Shown: positions 1 to 9,064 of the stretch, one piece after another
Numbering within the stretch: position 1 is the first letter of the stretch
Layout: each line of letters starts with the position of its first letter
Assembly (NCBI GenBank): GCA_031387905.1
Contig: JANNDT010000208.1
Span: forward strand, 1 to 62,056
Reading direction: 5' to 3'
Length of the DNA stretch: 62,056 bases
DNA from: Deltaproteobacteria bacterium
GTDB lineage: Bacteria > Myxococcota_A > UBA9160 > UBA6930
The notes under the pieces: model-generated
What the model saw: the letters and a program-made list of their open reading frames with translations, nothing else
Told to the model about the DNA's origin: nothing
Database searches by the model: none
Program-made: the position numbers and the translations under genes

Positions 1-129
1 GCGCGCGCGATCGCGCCCGCAGATGGCGACGCGCACGCCGTCGGCCGCGAGCGCTCGCGCTGTCGCGAAGCCGAGCCCGGCGGACGCGCCTGCAACCGCC
101 GCGCGCTTACCACGAATGCCCAGATCCAT
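1..129 (-). CDS. SDR-family oxidoreductase, N-terminal fragment (gene continues beyond left edge)
   Basis: Manual reverse translation from ATG 129..127 gives MDLGIRGKRAAVAGASAGLGFATARALAADGVRVAICGRDRAR. This carries the glycine-rich Rossmann motif (G-A-S-x-G-L-G) typical of short-chain dehydrogenases. It is absent from the ORF track because it is truncated to 43 codons. Confidence 0.55.
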   Translation of the reverse strand, partial: MDLGIRGKRAAVAGASAGLGFATARALAADGVRVAICGRDRAR

Positions 130-161
130 GCCGACTCCTTCGCTGTGAGGTTCGCGTACGC

Positions 162-2540
162 ATGCTAGACGCAAGGGCCCTTGCCTTGCCTAATAAATGT
201 CGTGCAGCAACCCTCGAATTCGTGATCCCCGACACCGAAATTCCGGATGCGGTAGGCGCGAGAGGAAGAGTTGTGGACACCGCGTCGATTGCGTTGGCCA
301 CTCTGTCAGAGCTCCCTTCGGCTCCGATCATCGTCTTCGACGCCGAGGCGCGCTGCGTCGCCGTCTTCGGCAAGCGCCGACCCGGCGCAGAGTTCCTGTT
401 CGGCGAACGCGAGGCGATCATCGGCCGCCCCGCCGAGGAGTACATGGGCTCTGAGGCTGCCGGCTTTCGGCGGACGCTCACGAGCGTGCTCGCAGCGGGC
501 GAATCGGCTTCGATCCAGTCTCGCGTGACGCTGCCGAGCGGCGAGTTCGTCTTCGAGTTGACGCTCTGGCCGCTGGCGGGCATGCCGCTGGTCGCCTGCG
601 AGCTCCGCAACGCGAGCGAGGTGGATCAGCTGCGCCGGGAGCGCGACGCCAGTGAGTCTCGCGTTCAGGCTGTGGCCGAACACACGGCGCACTTCGTGAC
701 CGAGGTGGCCGCCGACGGAACGATCGTCTACGTGGGACCGCGCGCTCGCGAGCTCTCGGTCGAGCCAGCTTCGCTCGTGGGCACCAACCTGCGCGACATC
801 GCGAAGCAGTTGCCGGGGTTGCATCCCGACGACGCACCGCTGGTCACTGCCTCGATGACGCGATTCATCGAGGCGCCGTCGGACTGGGTGCCATCTGTCG
901 CCCGCATGCGGAATCGCGACGGCTCCTGGCGAACCCTCGAGAGCGCCGGTGGTTCGTATGCGGGACCTGACGGAGAGCGGCGCGGTATTCTGGTGTTTCG
1001 CGACGCGCCGCCGAGCGCGGAGCGGGCCGTTCGCGAGCCCGCACGGCGGCCGGCTGTTGCGAGCAACACGAGCCAGCCGGTCGAGGCCACCCTCGACCTC
1101 TCGAGTGCTGGCACAATTTTGGGTGCGGGCCAGTTCCCGCCCAGTTTCGCGGGGTACGGCGAGAACCTGGTGGGCCGTGATGTGTACTCCTTCATCCATC
1201 CCGACGACCGGAAGCGTGCGCGCCGCAGCCTCGAGCGGAGCGTCCGCGGCGTCGGGTACGAGCCCAGCGTGTTCCGATGGCGCGATGTGGAGGACGGCTG
1301 GCGCTGGCTCGAAGTGCGCGCAGTCGCGCTGAAGCCGGATTCGGGAGAGGAACGCATCGTTGCGACGGCGCGCGAGATTCCCCGCGACAGCCTGCCCGAG
1401 CGCGAGCGGCCCGAGGAGAGCGGCGAGGCGCTGCAGCGAGACAATCTCGCGTTGCTCGTCGGCGGGGTCGCCCACGACTTCAACAATCTGCTCGCGATTT
1501 CGCTCGGCGTCGGGGATCTGATGGCGCAGCAGCTTCCCAGCGACTCTCCGCTTCGCCCGTACCTCGCTGAGATCGTCACCGCGAGCCGACAGGCGGCAGA
1601 CCTGTCCCGCCAGCTCTTGGCTGCCGCCGGAAGGGCCGCGGCAGCACCTCTGCGCCCTGTGGATTTGAACGAGATCCTGCGAAGTCAGGAATCCCTGTTG
1701 CGCACGGGCCTGCCCAAGAGCGTGCAACTCGAGTTCGCGCTCGCCGACGCGCCGCTCTGGATCGATGCGGACCCCCCGCAGATCCGCGAGGTCGTCCTGA
1801 ATCTGGTCGTCAACGCCGGCGAGGCGATCGGCGAGAGGCGCGGCACGGTTCGGGTCGCGACCGGTCGCGTTCAGGATCTGGATCCGCCCAACAAGCAGAC
1901 ACCCAGCGATTGGGCGCTGCTCGAAGTCTCGGACGACGGCCCGGGCTTCGACGAAGCGACGCGTCGGCGAATCTTCGAGCCGCGTTTCTCGACCAAGGCT
2001 ACGGGCCACGGGCTCGGGCTCGCGGTGGTGAGCAACGTCGTCCGCCGGCACGGTGGCCGCATCCACGTGGCGGGCGCGACGCTCCGCGGCACGACGTTTC
2101 GCATCGAGGTCCCGTGCTTGGCGGAGCGCGCTGTTCAGGCGGAGCAAGCGTTCGCGGCGAATCTCGCGCGGCCGCGCCACGCAGACGTCGGTGTGTTGAT
2201 CGTCGACGACGACGACGGCGTTCGCCGGGTGTGCGCCGCGATGCTCGGCTTCGCAAAGTTTCGTGTGTTCGAGGCCCGCGACGCAGCGACGGCGCTCGCG
2301 CTCGTCGAGCGGGAGCCGGAAATTTCCTGCGCGGTGGTCGACCTCATCATGCCCAATGGCGACGGGCTCGAACTGATCGAGGCGCTGCGCCGGAAGCGGC
2401 CGGACCTTCATGTCGTGCTCTGCAGCGGCGCCGTGCACAGAATCCCGGCGGATCGCGCCGATCTGGTCGTGCTCGAGAAGCCATTCCGCTACGCGCAGCT
2501 GATCGAGACGGTCTGGCGCGCGCTCGAGCCTCCGGCCTAA
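162..2540 (+). CDS. Hybrid sensor histidine kinase (PAS-like sensor repeats, HisKA/HATPase_c core, C-terminal receiver)
   Basis: 792-aa ORF with H-box GGVAHDFNNLLAISLG and ATP-lid boxes EVSDDGPGF and TGHGLGLAVV. The receiver shows VLIVDDDD ... VVDLIMPNGDG ... LEKPF. The true start may lie downstream of 162, because the first codons are AT-richer and promoter-like. Confidence 0.85.
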   Translation: MLDARALALPNKCRAATLEFVIPDTEIPDAVGARGRVVDTASIALATLSELPSAPIIVFDAEARCVAVFGKRRPGAEFLFGEREAIIGRPAEEYMGSEAAGFRRTLTSVLAAGESASIQSRVTLPSGEFVFELTLWPLAGMPLVACELRNASEVDQLRRERDASESRVQAVAEHTAHFVTEVAADGTIVYVGPRARELSVEPASLVGTNLRDIAKQLPGLHPDDAPLVTASMTRFIEAPSDWVPSVARMRNRDGSWRTLESAGGSYAGPDGERRGILVFRDAPPSAERAVREPARRPAVASNTSQPVEATLDLSSAGTILGAGQFPPSFAGYGENLVGRDVYSFIHPDDRKRARRSLERSVRGVGYEPSVFRWRDVEDGWRWLEVRAVALKPDSGEERIVATAREIPRDSLPERERPEESGEALQRDNLALLVGGVAHDFNNLLAISLGVGDLMAQQLPSDSPLRPYLAEIVTASRQAADLSRQLLAAAGRAAAAPLRPVDLNEILRSQESLLRTGLPKSVQLEFALADAPLWIDADPPQIREVVLNLVVNAGEAIGERRGTVRVATGRVQDLDPPNKQTPSDWALLEVSDDGPGFDEATRRRIFEPRFSTKATGHGLGLAVVSNVVRRHGGRIHVAGATLRGTTFRIEVPCLAERAVQAEQAFAANLARPRHADVGVLIVDDDDGVRRVCAAMLGFAKFRVFEARDAATALALVEREPEISCAVVDLIMPNGDGLELIEALRRKRPDLHVVLCSGAVHRIPADRADLVVLEKPFRYAQLIETVWRALEPPA

Positions 2541-2914
2541 CTGCGCGCGCTCAGCATGCTGCTGAGCACCGCGATCAACTGCGCTCGGTCGAAGGGCTTG
2601 CGAAGCACCGCTGCGGCGCCGAGCGCGAGCAGGTCGCTCGCGTCGTCATCCGTGAGGCCGCCGCCGAGCATGACGACGTCGATGTGCGCGAACGCGGGCG
2701 TCGCACGCATCGCGCGCAGTAACTGGCGCCCGTCGAGCATGGGCATCTCGACATCGGTCACGACGAGGTCGAACGCCTCCTGCGTGAGTCGGTCGAGCGC
2801 CTGCTGCCCGTCCGACGCCTCCGCGATGCCGTCGCTCGCGAAAGGCGAGTCGCGAAGGAACGCCGCGAGCAAGCGTAGGAAGCCCGGCGAGTCATCCACG
2901 ATGAGTGTCCGCAT
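2537..2914 (-). CDS. Single-domain CheY-like response regulator
   Basis: 125 aa with LIVDDS acidic pocket, DLVVTDVEMPMLDG phospho-Asp region and LRKPF conserved Lys. It is convergent with the kinase gene and overlaps its stop by 4 nt. Confidence 0.85.
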   Translation of the reverse strand: MRTLIVDDSPGFLRLLAAFLRDSPFASDGIAEASDGQQALDRLTQEAFDLVVTDVEMPMLDGRQLLRAMRATPAFAHIDVVMLGGGLTDDDASDLLALGAAAVLRKPFDRAQLIAVLSSMLSARS

Positions 2915-3106
2915 CTCGCCTCCAGGCTCGGAACGTCCGGTACGCGTGCGCGGACCAGCGCGTTACTCGGCCGGCCGGCGCCGAGTCGTGAGGCTCTCGC
3001 GGGGGGCCCGCTTCGCCTACGCGAAACCCTGCGCGCCGTCTCGCGCGAACACGCGATCGGTTCCGCTGGCGCGCGCGCCGAATCAAGCGGTCGGAGGAAA
3101 AGCGCA

Positions 3107-4522
3107 ATGAGCGCTCCGGTCGAGCCGCGCGATGCGCGCGGCAAGGCGCTCGCCGTCAACCTGGACGCGCGCCGTTATGGGACCTTCGCCGAGATCGGCG
3201 CGGGCCAAGAAGTCGTGCGCTGGTTCTTTCGCGTGGGCGGCGCGGCGGGCACGATCGCGAAGAGCATCTCCGCCTACGACATGACCGTGAGCGACGCGAT
3301 CTACGGCCCGTGTCATCGCTACGTTTGTCGCGAACGCTTGCTGTCGATGCTCGAGCGCGAGCAGCTGTTATTGCGCGAGCGCTTGGCGGAATCCCGCGGC
3401 GCCGAGACTGCGTTCTTTTCGTTCGCCGACACCGTCACCGCGCGCAGCTTCAAAGGCACCGGCGAGTGCCACGGCTGGATGGGCATCAAGTTCCAAGCCG
3501 AGCCGTGCGAGCCCGCGAGTCAGATCCTGCTTCACGTGCGCATGCTCGATGGCGATGCCGCCCAACAACAGGAGGCGCTCGGCATCGTCGGCGTGAACCT
3601 GGTGTACGGCGCCGCCTTCCTGCACGGCGACCCCGAGAAGTTGCTGCGCTCGCTGCTCGACGACCTCTCGACCGACCGCATCGAGATCGACCTGATCGAG
3701 TTCGGAGGCGCGCGCTTCAGCGAGGTGGACAATCGCGTAATGAGCCTGCGGCTCGTCGAGCTCGGGCTGTCGGGCGTCGCGGCCTTCGGACCCGACGGTG
3801 CGCTGCTCCAGCCCTCCGAGTTGCTGCACGGCAAGCCGGTGCTGATCGAGCGCGGCAGCTTCCGTCCGGTGACGCGCGTGCATCTCGACATGATCGGCTG
3901 CGCGCGCCAGGCGTTCCGCGCCGAGCTCGGCGGCGAAGAGCCGGTCGTGCTCGCCGAGATCACCATGCGCAACCTGCTGTCGGAGGGTGCGCTCGACTTG
4001 CGCGACTTCCTCGATCGCGCCGACGCGCTGGCCGCCATGGGATACACGGTGTTGATCTCGAACTATTTCGAGTACTTCAAGCTCGCCAGCTTCGTCGCCC
4101 GTCATACCCGCAAGCCGATCGCACTGGTGATGGGCGCGAACCTGTTGCGCGAGGTCTTCGAGGAGCGCTTCTACGACGAGCTCGACGGCGGCGTTCTCGA
4201 AGCTTTCGGGCGGCTGTTCCGTAATCACCTGCGCGTATTCGTGTATCCGTTCCTCGATCCGATCACACAGCGCATCGTCGACGCGCGCTCGCTCGAGGTG
4301 CCGAGCGGCCTCGCGCAGTTGCACGGCTACTTGTGCGAGCGCGGCTCGCTGGTAGCGCTTTCGGGCTACGACGAGCGCTTGCTGCCCTTCTACTCGAAGC
4401 AGGTGCTCGATTCGATTCGCAAGGGCACGCGCGCCTGGGAGGACGCCGTTCCCGAGCGCGTCGCGCGACTCATCCGGGAACGCGGCTTGTTCGGCTTCGG
4501 CGCCGAGCGGCCTCGCGCATGA
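3107..4522 (+). CDS. Conserved hypothetical protein (family not identifiable by eye)
   Basis: 471-aa ORF with GC3-rich coding-like codon usage. A GGAGG RBS sits 9 nt upstream of the ATG. Its stop overlaps the next start (ATGA at 4519..4522). Confidence 0.6.
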   Translation: MSAPVEPRDARGKALAVNLDARRYGTFAEIGAGQEVVRWFFRVGGAAGTIAKSISAYDMTVSDAIYGPCHRYVCRERLLSMLEREQLLLRERLAESRGAETAFFSFADTVTARSFKGTGECHGWMGIKFQAEPCEPASQILLHVRMLDGDAAQQQEALGIVGVNLVYGAAFLHGDPEKLLRSLLDDLSTDRIEIDLIEFGGARFSEVDNRVMSLRLVELGLSGVAAFGPDGALLQPSELLHGKPVLIERGSFRPVTRVHLDMIGCARQAFRAELGGEEPVVLAEITMRNLLSEGALDLRDFLDRADALAAMGYTVLISNYFEYFKLASFVARHTRKPIALVMGANLLREVFEERFYDELDGGVLEAFGRLFRNHLRVFVYPFLDPITQRIVDARSLEVPSGLAQLHGYLCERGSLVALSGYDERLLPFYSKQVLDSIRKGTRAWEDAVPERVARLIRERGLFGFGAERPRA

Positions 4523-6186
4523 ACGACGTCTCCTGGCTCCAGCTGATTTCGTTCGCGCTCACCGCCGCCATGTTCACGGGTCCCCTAGCCGTGCTGTTCG
4601 TCTGGTGGCTGCGCGATCGCACGCAGACGCAGCACGCGGTGCTGCGCGCGTTCCCGCTGCTCGGGCGCCTGCGATATTTGCTCGAGCACATCGGCCCCGA
4701 ACTGCGGCAGTACCTGTTCGACGGCGATTCTTCGGGCAAGCCGTTCTCGCGGAACGAGTTCCTGTCGATCGTGTTCGCGTCGAAGTACTTGAAGACGCTG
4801 ATCTCGTTCGGCTCGAAGCGCGACTTCGACCAGCCCGGCTGGTTCCTCCGCAACGCCCTCTTCCCGACGCTCGCGAGCGATCTAGGCGTCGACATGCGCG
4901 CCACCCTCGAGGCGCAGCGCTACGCGATCGATCACGAAGGTTTGCTGCACCGCGCGGAGCACCTCGAGCGAACGCCAGCCGCCACATGGACGCTCAGCGA
5001 CGAGCACGCGCTCCAGATTGGCAGCGACCTCGCGCAGCCGTGGGTCGTGCGCGGGCAAATCGGCGTCTCGGGAATGTCGTATGGCGCGCTCGGCAGCCAC
5101 GCCATTCGCGCGATCGCCGAGGGCGCCGCGCTCGCGACCGGAAGTTGGTTGAACACGGGCGAAGGCGGCCTCTCCGAGCACCACCTCGCGGGCGGCGGCG
5201 ACGTGATCTTCCAGATCGGGCCGGGTTGTTTCGGCGTGCGCACGCTGGAGGGGCGCTGGGATTGGGACGAGTTCGCGCGCAAAGCCGCGATCCCGCAGCT
5301 GCGCGGCTTCGAACTCAAGCTGCATCAGGGCGCAAAAATCCGCGGCGGCCACCTCGAGGGCAGCAAGGTCAACGAAGAGATCGCGCGGCTGCGCGGGGTC
5401 CCCGCCTGGCAGTCCGTCGATTCGCCTAATCGCTTCCAGTTCCTGGGCAGCGTCGACGAGCTCTTCGATCACGTCGCGCGCATGCGCGAAATCGGCGGCA
5501 AGCCCGTGGGCGTGAAGGTCGTGATGGGCGGCCCGGGCGCGGGCGACGAGTTGGCCGCGGCGATGGCGCGACGCGGCGACGGGCCGGATTGGATCACGGT
5601 CGACGGCGGCGAAGGCGGATCCGGCGCCACTTATCAGGAAATGGCGGACAGCGTGGGCCTGCCGATTCGCTCGGGCCTGGTGCTGCTCGACGACGCGCTG
5701 TGCGCCGCCGGCGTGCGCTCGCGCGTGAAGATCATCGCGTCCGGCAAGCTGTTCTCGGCCGATCGCGCCGCGCTTGCGCTCGCGCTCGGCGCCGATCTGG
5801 TGAACGTCGCGCGCGCCTTCATGATCTCGGTCGGCTGCATCCAGGCGCAGAAGTGCCACACCAATCAGTGCCCGACCGGCGTCGCGACGACCGACCCGCT
5901 GCGCATGCGTGCGCTGGTGGTCGACGAAAAGAAGTGGCGCGCGATGAATTACGTGATCGCGACGCGCGCCGGGCTCGCCTCCCTCGCGGCAGCCGCGGGG
6001 CTCGCTTCACCGACGCAGTTCACGCGCCGGCACGCGGTCTACCGCGACGCGCTCGGCCGCGTCATCGGCGCGGACGAACTGTTCCCGAGCGCGGGAGCCG
6101 CCGAGCGAGAGAGCCGCATGCAGGCCGCCGTCGAGAGTGCGCTCCGCCCGAGCAAGCGGCGCTTCGCCGCGCGCAGCGAGCCGTAA
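4519..6186 (+). CDS. FMN-binding glutamate synthase family protein (GltB FMN-domain-like) with N-terminal TM helix
   Basis: Start trimmed to ATG 4519 (MNDVSWLQLISFALTAAMFTGPLAVLFVWW). Motifs are GMSYGALG, NTGEGG, KLHQGAKIRGGHL, GGEGGSGA and the Cys cluster CIQAQKCHTNQCPTGV. Confidence 0.8.
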   Translation: MNDVSWLQLISFALTAAMFTGPLAVLFVWWLRDRTQTQHAVLRAFPLLGRLRYLLEHIGPELRQYLFDGDSSGKPFSRNEFLSIVFASKYLKTLISFGSKRDFDQPGWFLRNALFPTLASDLGVDMRATLEAQRYAIDHEGLLHRAEHLERTPAATWTLSDEHALQIGSDLAQPWVVRGQIGVSGMSYGALGSHAIRAIAEGAALATGSWLNTGEGGLSEHHLAGGGDVIFQIGPGCFGVRTLEGRWDWDEFARKAAIPQLRGFELKLHQGAKIRGGHLEGSKVNEEIARLRGVPAWQSVDSPNRFQFLGSVDELFDHVARMREIGGKPVGVKVVMGGPGAGDELAAAMARRGDGPDWITVDGGEGGSGATYQEMADSVGLPIRSGLVLLDDALCAAGVRSRVKIIASGKLFSADRAALALALGADLVNVARAFMISVGCIQAQKCHTNQCPTGVATTDPLRMRALVVDEKKWRAMNYVIATRAGLASLAAAAGLASPTQFTRRHAVYRDALGRVIGADELFPSAGAAERESRMQAAVESALRPSKRRFAARSEP

Positions 6187-6212
6187 GCGAGCGAAGTCGA
6201 ACAGTGGCCTCC
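6151..6212 (+). repeat. REP-like GC-rich element, copy 1 (contains the stop codon of the preceding gene)
   Basis: Sequence agcaagcggcgcttcgccgcgcgcagcgagccgtaagcgagcgaagtcgaacagtggcctcc. It shares GCGGCGCTTCGCCGCGCGCAG and GAACAGTGGCCTCC with the copy at 54985..55042. Confidence 0.6.
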
Positions 6213-6258
6213 CCGTTCGCTGCGCCTCAGCGCTTGCATTCCCGCGACGCCGGTAACG

Positions 6259-6310
6259 AGCAAGCGGCGCTTCGCCGCGCGCAGCGACCCGTAAGCGAGC
6301 GAAGTCGACG
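6259..6310 (+). repeat. REP-like element, copy 2 (tandem, 108-nt offset)
   Basis: 6259..6308 is 49/50 identical to 6151..6200 (single g/c difference). Confidence 0.65.
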
Positions 6311-6327
6311 CGGTAGCTGCGGACGCG

Positions 6328-7173
6328 CTACGCGCCGACCGATGCAAAGGCCGCTAGCGCGTCCTCGATATGGATCTCGAGTTCCGCCACCGCGATCTCA
6401 TCGATCTCGAGAGCCTGCGCCTCGAGCGTCCCCGCGAGTTGGCCCTCGGGCTTCGCCCCAATGCCGAAGCCGAGCGCGTTCGCCGCGTTGTCCGCGAGTC
6501 GCACGCTCATCAGCAGCGTGTCGGAATCCGCCGGCTGCGGATCGTGGTGGTGCTCGATCACGCGCGCGAACGACTCCGGCAGGTTCCACTGCTTCGCGAG
6601 GACAGCGCCGTAGCGAGCGTGTGTGCCGCTGAGGAGTTCGGAGATCAGTTGCGGAGCCGGCTTGAAATCCGCGCGCGCAATACGCAGGTCGTCGATCACG
6701 CGAATCGCGAGCAGCTTCCCGATGTCGTGCACCATGCCGGCGAGGAAAGCTTCGCCTGCGAGATCCCCGCGCCCGCTGCGCTGCGCGAGCCACTGCGCGC
6801 CCAGCGCCGTCGCGAGTGCGTGCTTCCAGAGCGCGCCGACCAGCGGCGAGAGATCCTTCGCCTGCACGCGATACGCGCTCTGCTGCGAGACGACGAGGGC
6901 GATGCGAGTCACCTGATCGATCCCGAGGCGCACCAACGAATCGCGCACCGTCTTCACCTGCGCGAGGCCTCCATAGAAGCTCGAGTTCGCGACGCGCAGC
7001 ACCGCGCTCGCGAGGACCGCGTCGCTGCTGATCGCTTGCTCGAGCGGCTCGCTGCTGTCCGGCGGATTGGCGAGCATTTGCTGGAGCTTCGCTGCGGCGC
7101 CCTGAAACATCGGCAGCTTGGTCTTGTTGCTGGCGATCTGGGCTTCCACCAGCTCGCTGAAGGATTGGGCCAT
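6328..7173 (-). CDS. HDOD domain protein
   Basis: 281 aa with LPMFQGAAAKLQQML, SSDAVLASAVLRVANSSFYG and MVHDIGKLL, typical HDOD/HD-like signatures. It starts 3 nt after the upstream ATPase stop. Confidence 0.85.
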   Translation of the reverse strand: MAQSFSELVEAQIASNKTKLPMFQGAAAKLQQMLANPPDSSEPLEQAISSDAVLASAVLRVANSSFYGGLAQVKTVRDSLVRLGIDQVTRIALVVSQQSAYRVQAKDLSPLVGALWKHALATALGAQWLAQRSGRGDLAGEAFLAGMVHDIGKLLAIRVIDDLRIARADFKPAPQLISELLSGTHARYGAVLAKQWNLPESFARVIEHHHDPQPADSDTLLMSVRLADNAANALGFGIGAKPEGQLAGTLEAQALEIDEIAVAELEIHIEDALAAFASVGA

Positions 7174-7176
7174 ATC

Positions 7177-9036
7177 TCATTCCCCCAAGAGCAGGTGCAA
7201 CTCTTCCAGTGTGCGCGGCCGGTCGAGCCGCGGAATCGATTCGATGATTTCACTGACGGTCGTTTCACCGCGCGCGGCCTTGACGATCGCGTCCTCGAGC
7301 AGCGAGACCAGCCCCTTCTCACGGCTGATCTTGCGAATCTCGTAGGAAGCTTTGCGGTTCAGGATCGCCTCGCGGACTTCTTCGCCGAGTACGAGCAGCT
7401 CGAACACTGCGATGCGGCCCGCGTAGCCGGTACGTCGGCACTTCGAGCAGCCACGCCCCTTGCGCATGCGCGTGCTGTCGAGCGCCCCCGCGGTGTAGCC
7501 GAGCTGGCGCAAATCCGACGCGGTCGGCGTGTAGGGCTGCGCGCAGTGCTCACAGACGCGGCGTAACAACCGCTGCGCGAGCACGCTCACTACCGTCGAG
7601 GAGATCAAGAACGCCTCGATCTCCATGTTGAGCAGGCGAACCAAGCCGCCGATCGTGTCCTCGGTGTGAAAGGTCGAGAGCACCTTGTGCCCCGTCAGGG
7701 CAGCCTGGATCGCGGCCTGGGCCGAAAACGTGTCGCGAATCTCGCCGATCACGATGATGTCGGGGTCCTGGCGCACGATGTGGCGCAGAGATTCCTCATA
7801 GGTCATGTCGAGAGCCGCATTGAGCGAGCACTGGGCCACGCCGTCGATCACGTACTCGACCGGGTCTTCGGCCGTGATGATCGCGTTGCTGCCGTCGTTC
7901 AGGTAACTGACGCAGCTGTAGAGCGTCGAGGTTTTTTCGGAGCCCGTTGGCCCTGTAATTAGGATGACGCCGCTCGGTCGTTCGAGCGCGTCGTCCTTGA
8001 AGTGCTGGAGCGTCACGGGCGGCATGCCGAGCTCGTCGATCGGCACGAGCGAGCGATCGCGGTTGAGCAGGCGCAGCACCGTTTTCTGGCCGTGCACCGT
8101 CACGTAGAAAGAGGCGCGCAGATCGAGCTCGCGGCCGCCGCGCGGCTTCGTGAAGCGCCCCCCCTGATGCCTGCGCCGCTCGGCGATGTCGGCGCCAGCG
8201 AGGATCTTGAGGTGGCTCGTGAGCGGGGCGAGCAGCGAAGTCGGAAGGTCGCGATAAGTCACCATCGTCCCGTCTGCCCGGAAGCGCACACGGATGCGGT
8301 CCGCGAGCGGCTCGATGTGAATGTCGCTCGCGCCCCACTCGACAGCCGCCTCGATCAGCTGGTCGACCGCCGCGACGACGGCGCCCGTGTCCAGATCCTT
8401 CGTCCCGCCACCGGGCTTGCGCGCCGCGAGCACACGCTCCCAGGCGAGTTCGATCGAGCGTGGCGTCGCAAGCACGCGCTCGGTGGTGTCTGCTCCGAAA
8501 AACTGCTGCGCGGCCTGCAGCGCCTGCTCGTCGACCGGATCCGCGAAGGCGACGACGACCTTGCCCTTTTCTCGGCGCAGCGGGATGAAGCGATGCTGGC
8601 GGCAATAATCGAACGGGGCGATGCGCAGCAGCGCAGCGTCGATCGGCTCGAACTCGGGCGCGACGAGTGGGCGTCCGAGCTGCAGCGCCAGCGTGCGATA
8701 CAGCTGATCCTCGGAGAGCAGATCCTCGCTCAGCAGCAACTCGCCGAGCCGCTTGCCCGGCGCCTCGCGCTGCTTGGCCATGACGCGCGCGAGTTCCACC
8801 TCGGTGACCAGGCCGAGATCGACGAGCATCTCGCCGAGCCGCAGCTCCGCCGGGTTTCGCGACAGCACTTCCTGGATCGCCGCGTCGTCGACGTGCCCCA
8901 GCTCCTTCAGGATTGTGAGCAACGGCCGCGGCGGCTTCAGCTTGGCTTGGATGCGTTCGGCGTGACGCAGCTGCTGCTCCGAGAGCACGCCTTCGCGCAC
9001 GAGCAAGGCGATCACACCGCCGCTGTTTTCCGACAT
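7177..9036 (-). CDS. GspE/PilB/MshE-family secretion-type ATPase with N-terminal MshEN-like repeats and non-canonical Walker A
   Basis: 619 aa with tandem RLGxxL(V/L)xx(G/D)L(V/L)...Q motifs at aa 66-119. Walker A reads GPTGSEKT. It has Asp box IITAEDPVEY, Walker B DPDIIVIGEIRD, His box TGHKVLSTFHT and tetra-Cys CEHC...CSKC. Confidence 0.85.
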   Translation of the reverse strand: MSENSGGVIALLVREGVLSEQQLRHAERIQAKLKPPRPLLTILKELGHVDDAAIQEVLSRNPAELRLGEMLVDLGLVTEVELARVMAKQREAPGKRLGELLLSEDLLSEDQLYRTLALQLGRPLVAPEFEPIDAALLRIAPFDYCRQHRFIPLRREKGKVVVAFADPVDEQALQAAQQFFGADTTERVLATPRSIELAWERVLAARKPGGGTKDLDTGAVVAAVDQLIEAAVEWGASDIHIEPLADRIRVRFRADGTMVTYRDLPTSLLAPLTSHLKILAGADIAERRRHQGGRFTKPRGGRELDLRASFYVTVHGQKTVLRLLNRDRSLVPIDELGMPPVTLQHFKDDALERPSGVILITGPTGSEKTSTLYSCVSYLNDGSNAIITAEDPVEYVIDGVAQCSLNAALDMTYEESLRHIVRQDPDIIVIGEIRDTFSAQAAIQAALTGHKVLSTFHTEDTIGGLVRLLNMEIEAFLISSTVVSVLAQRLLRRVCEHCAQPYTPTASDLRQLGYTAGALDSTRMRKGRGCSKCRRTGYAGRIAVFELLVLGEEVREAILNRKASYEIRKISREKGLVSLLEDAIVKAARGETTVSEIIESIPRLDRPRTLEELHLLLGE

Positions 9037-9064
9037 GACACGTCTCCGCCGCGAGGGCGCGGCT

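Noticed and set aside
306-2438. 710-aa minus-strand ORF covering most of the hybrid kinase gene
   Set aside because: It is antisense to a gene with clear PAS, HisKA, HATPase and REC motifs. It is Arg/Ala/Pro-rich low-complexity translation typical of stop-poor frames in high-GC DNA, with no recognisable motifs.
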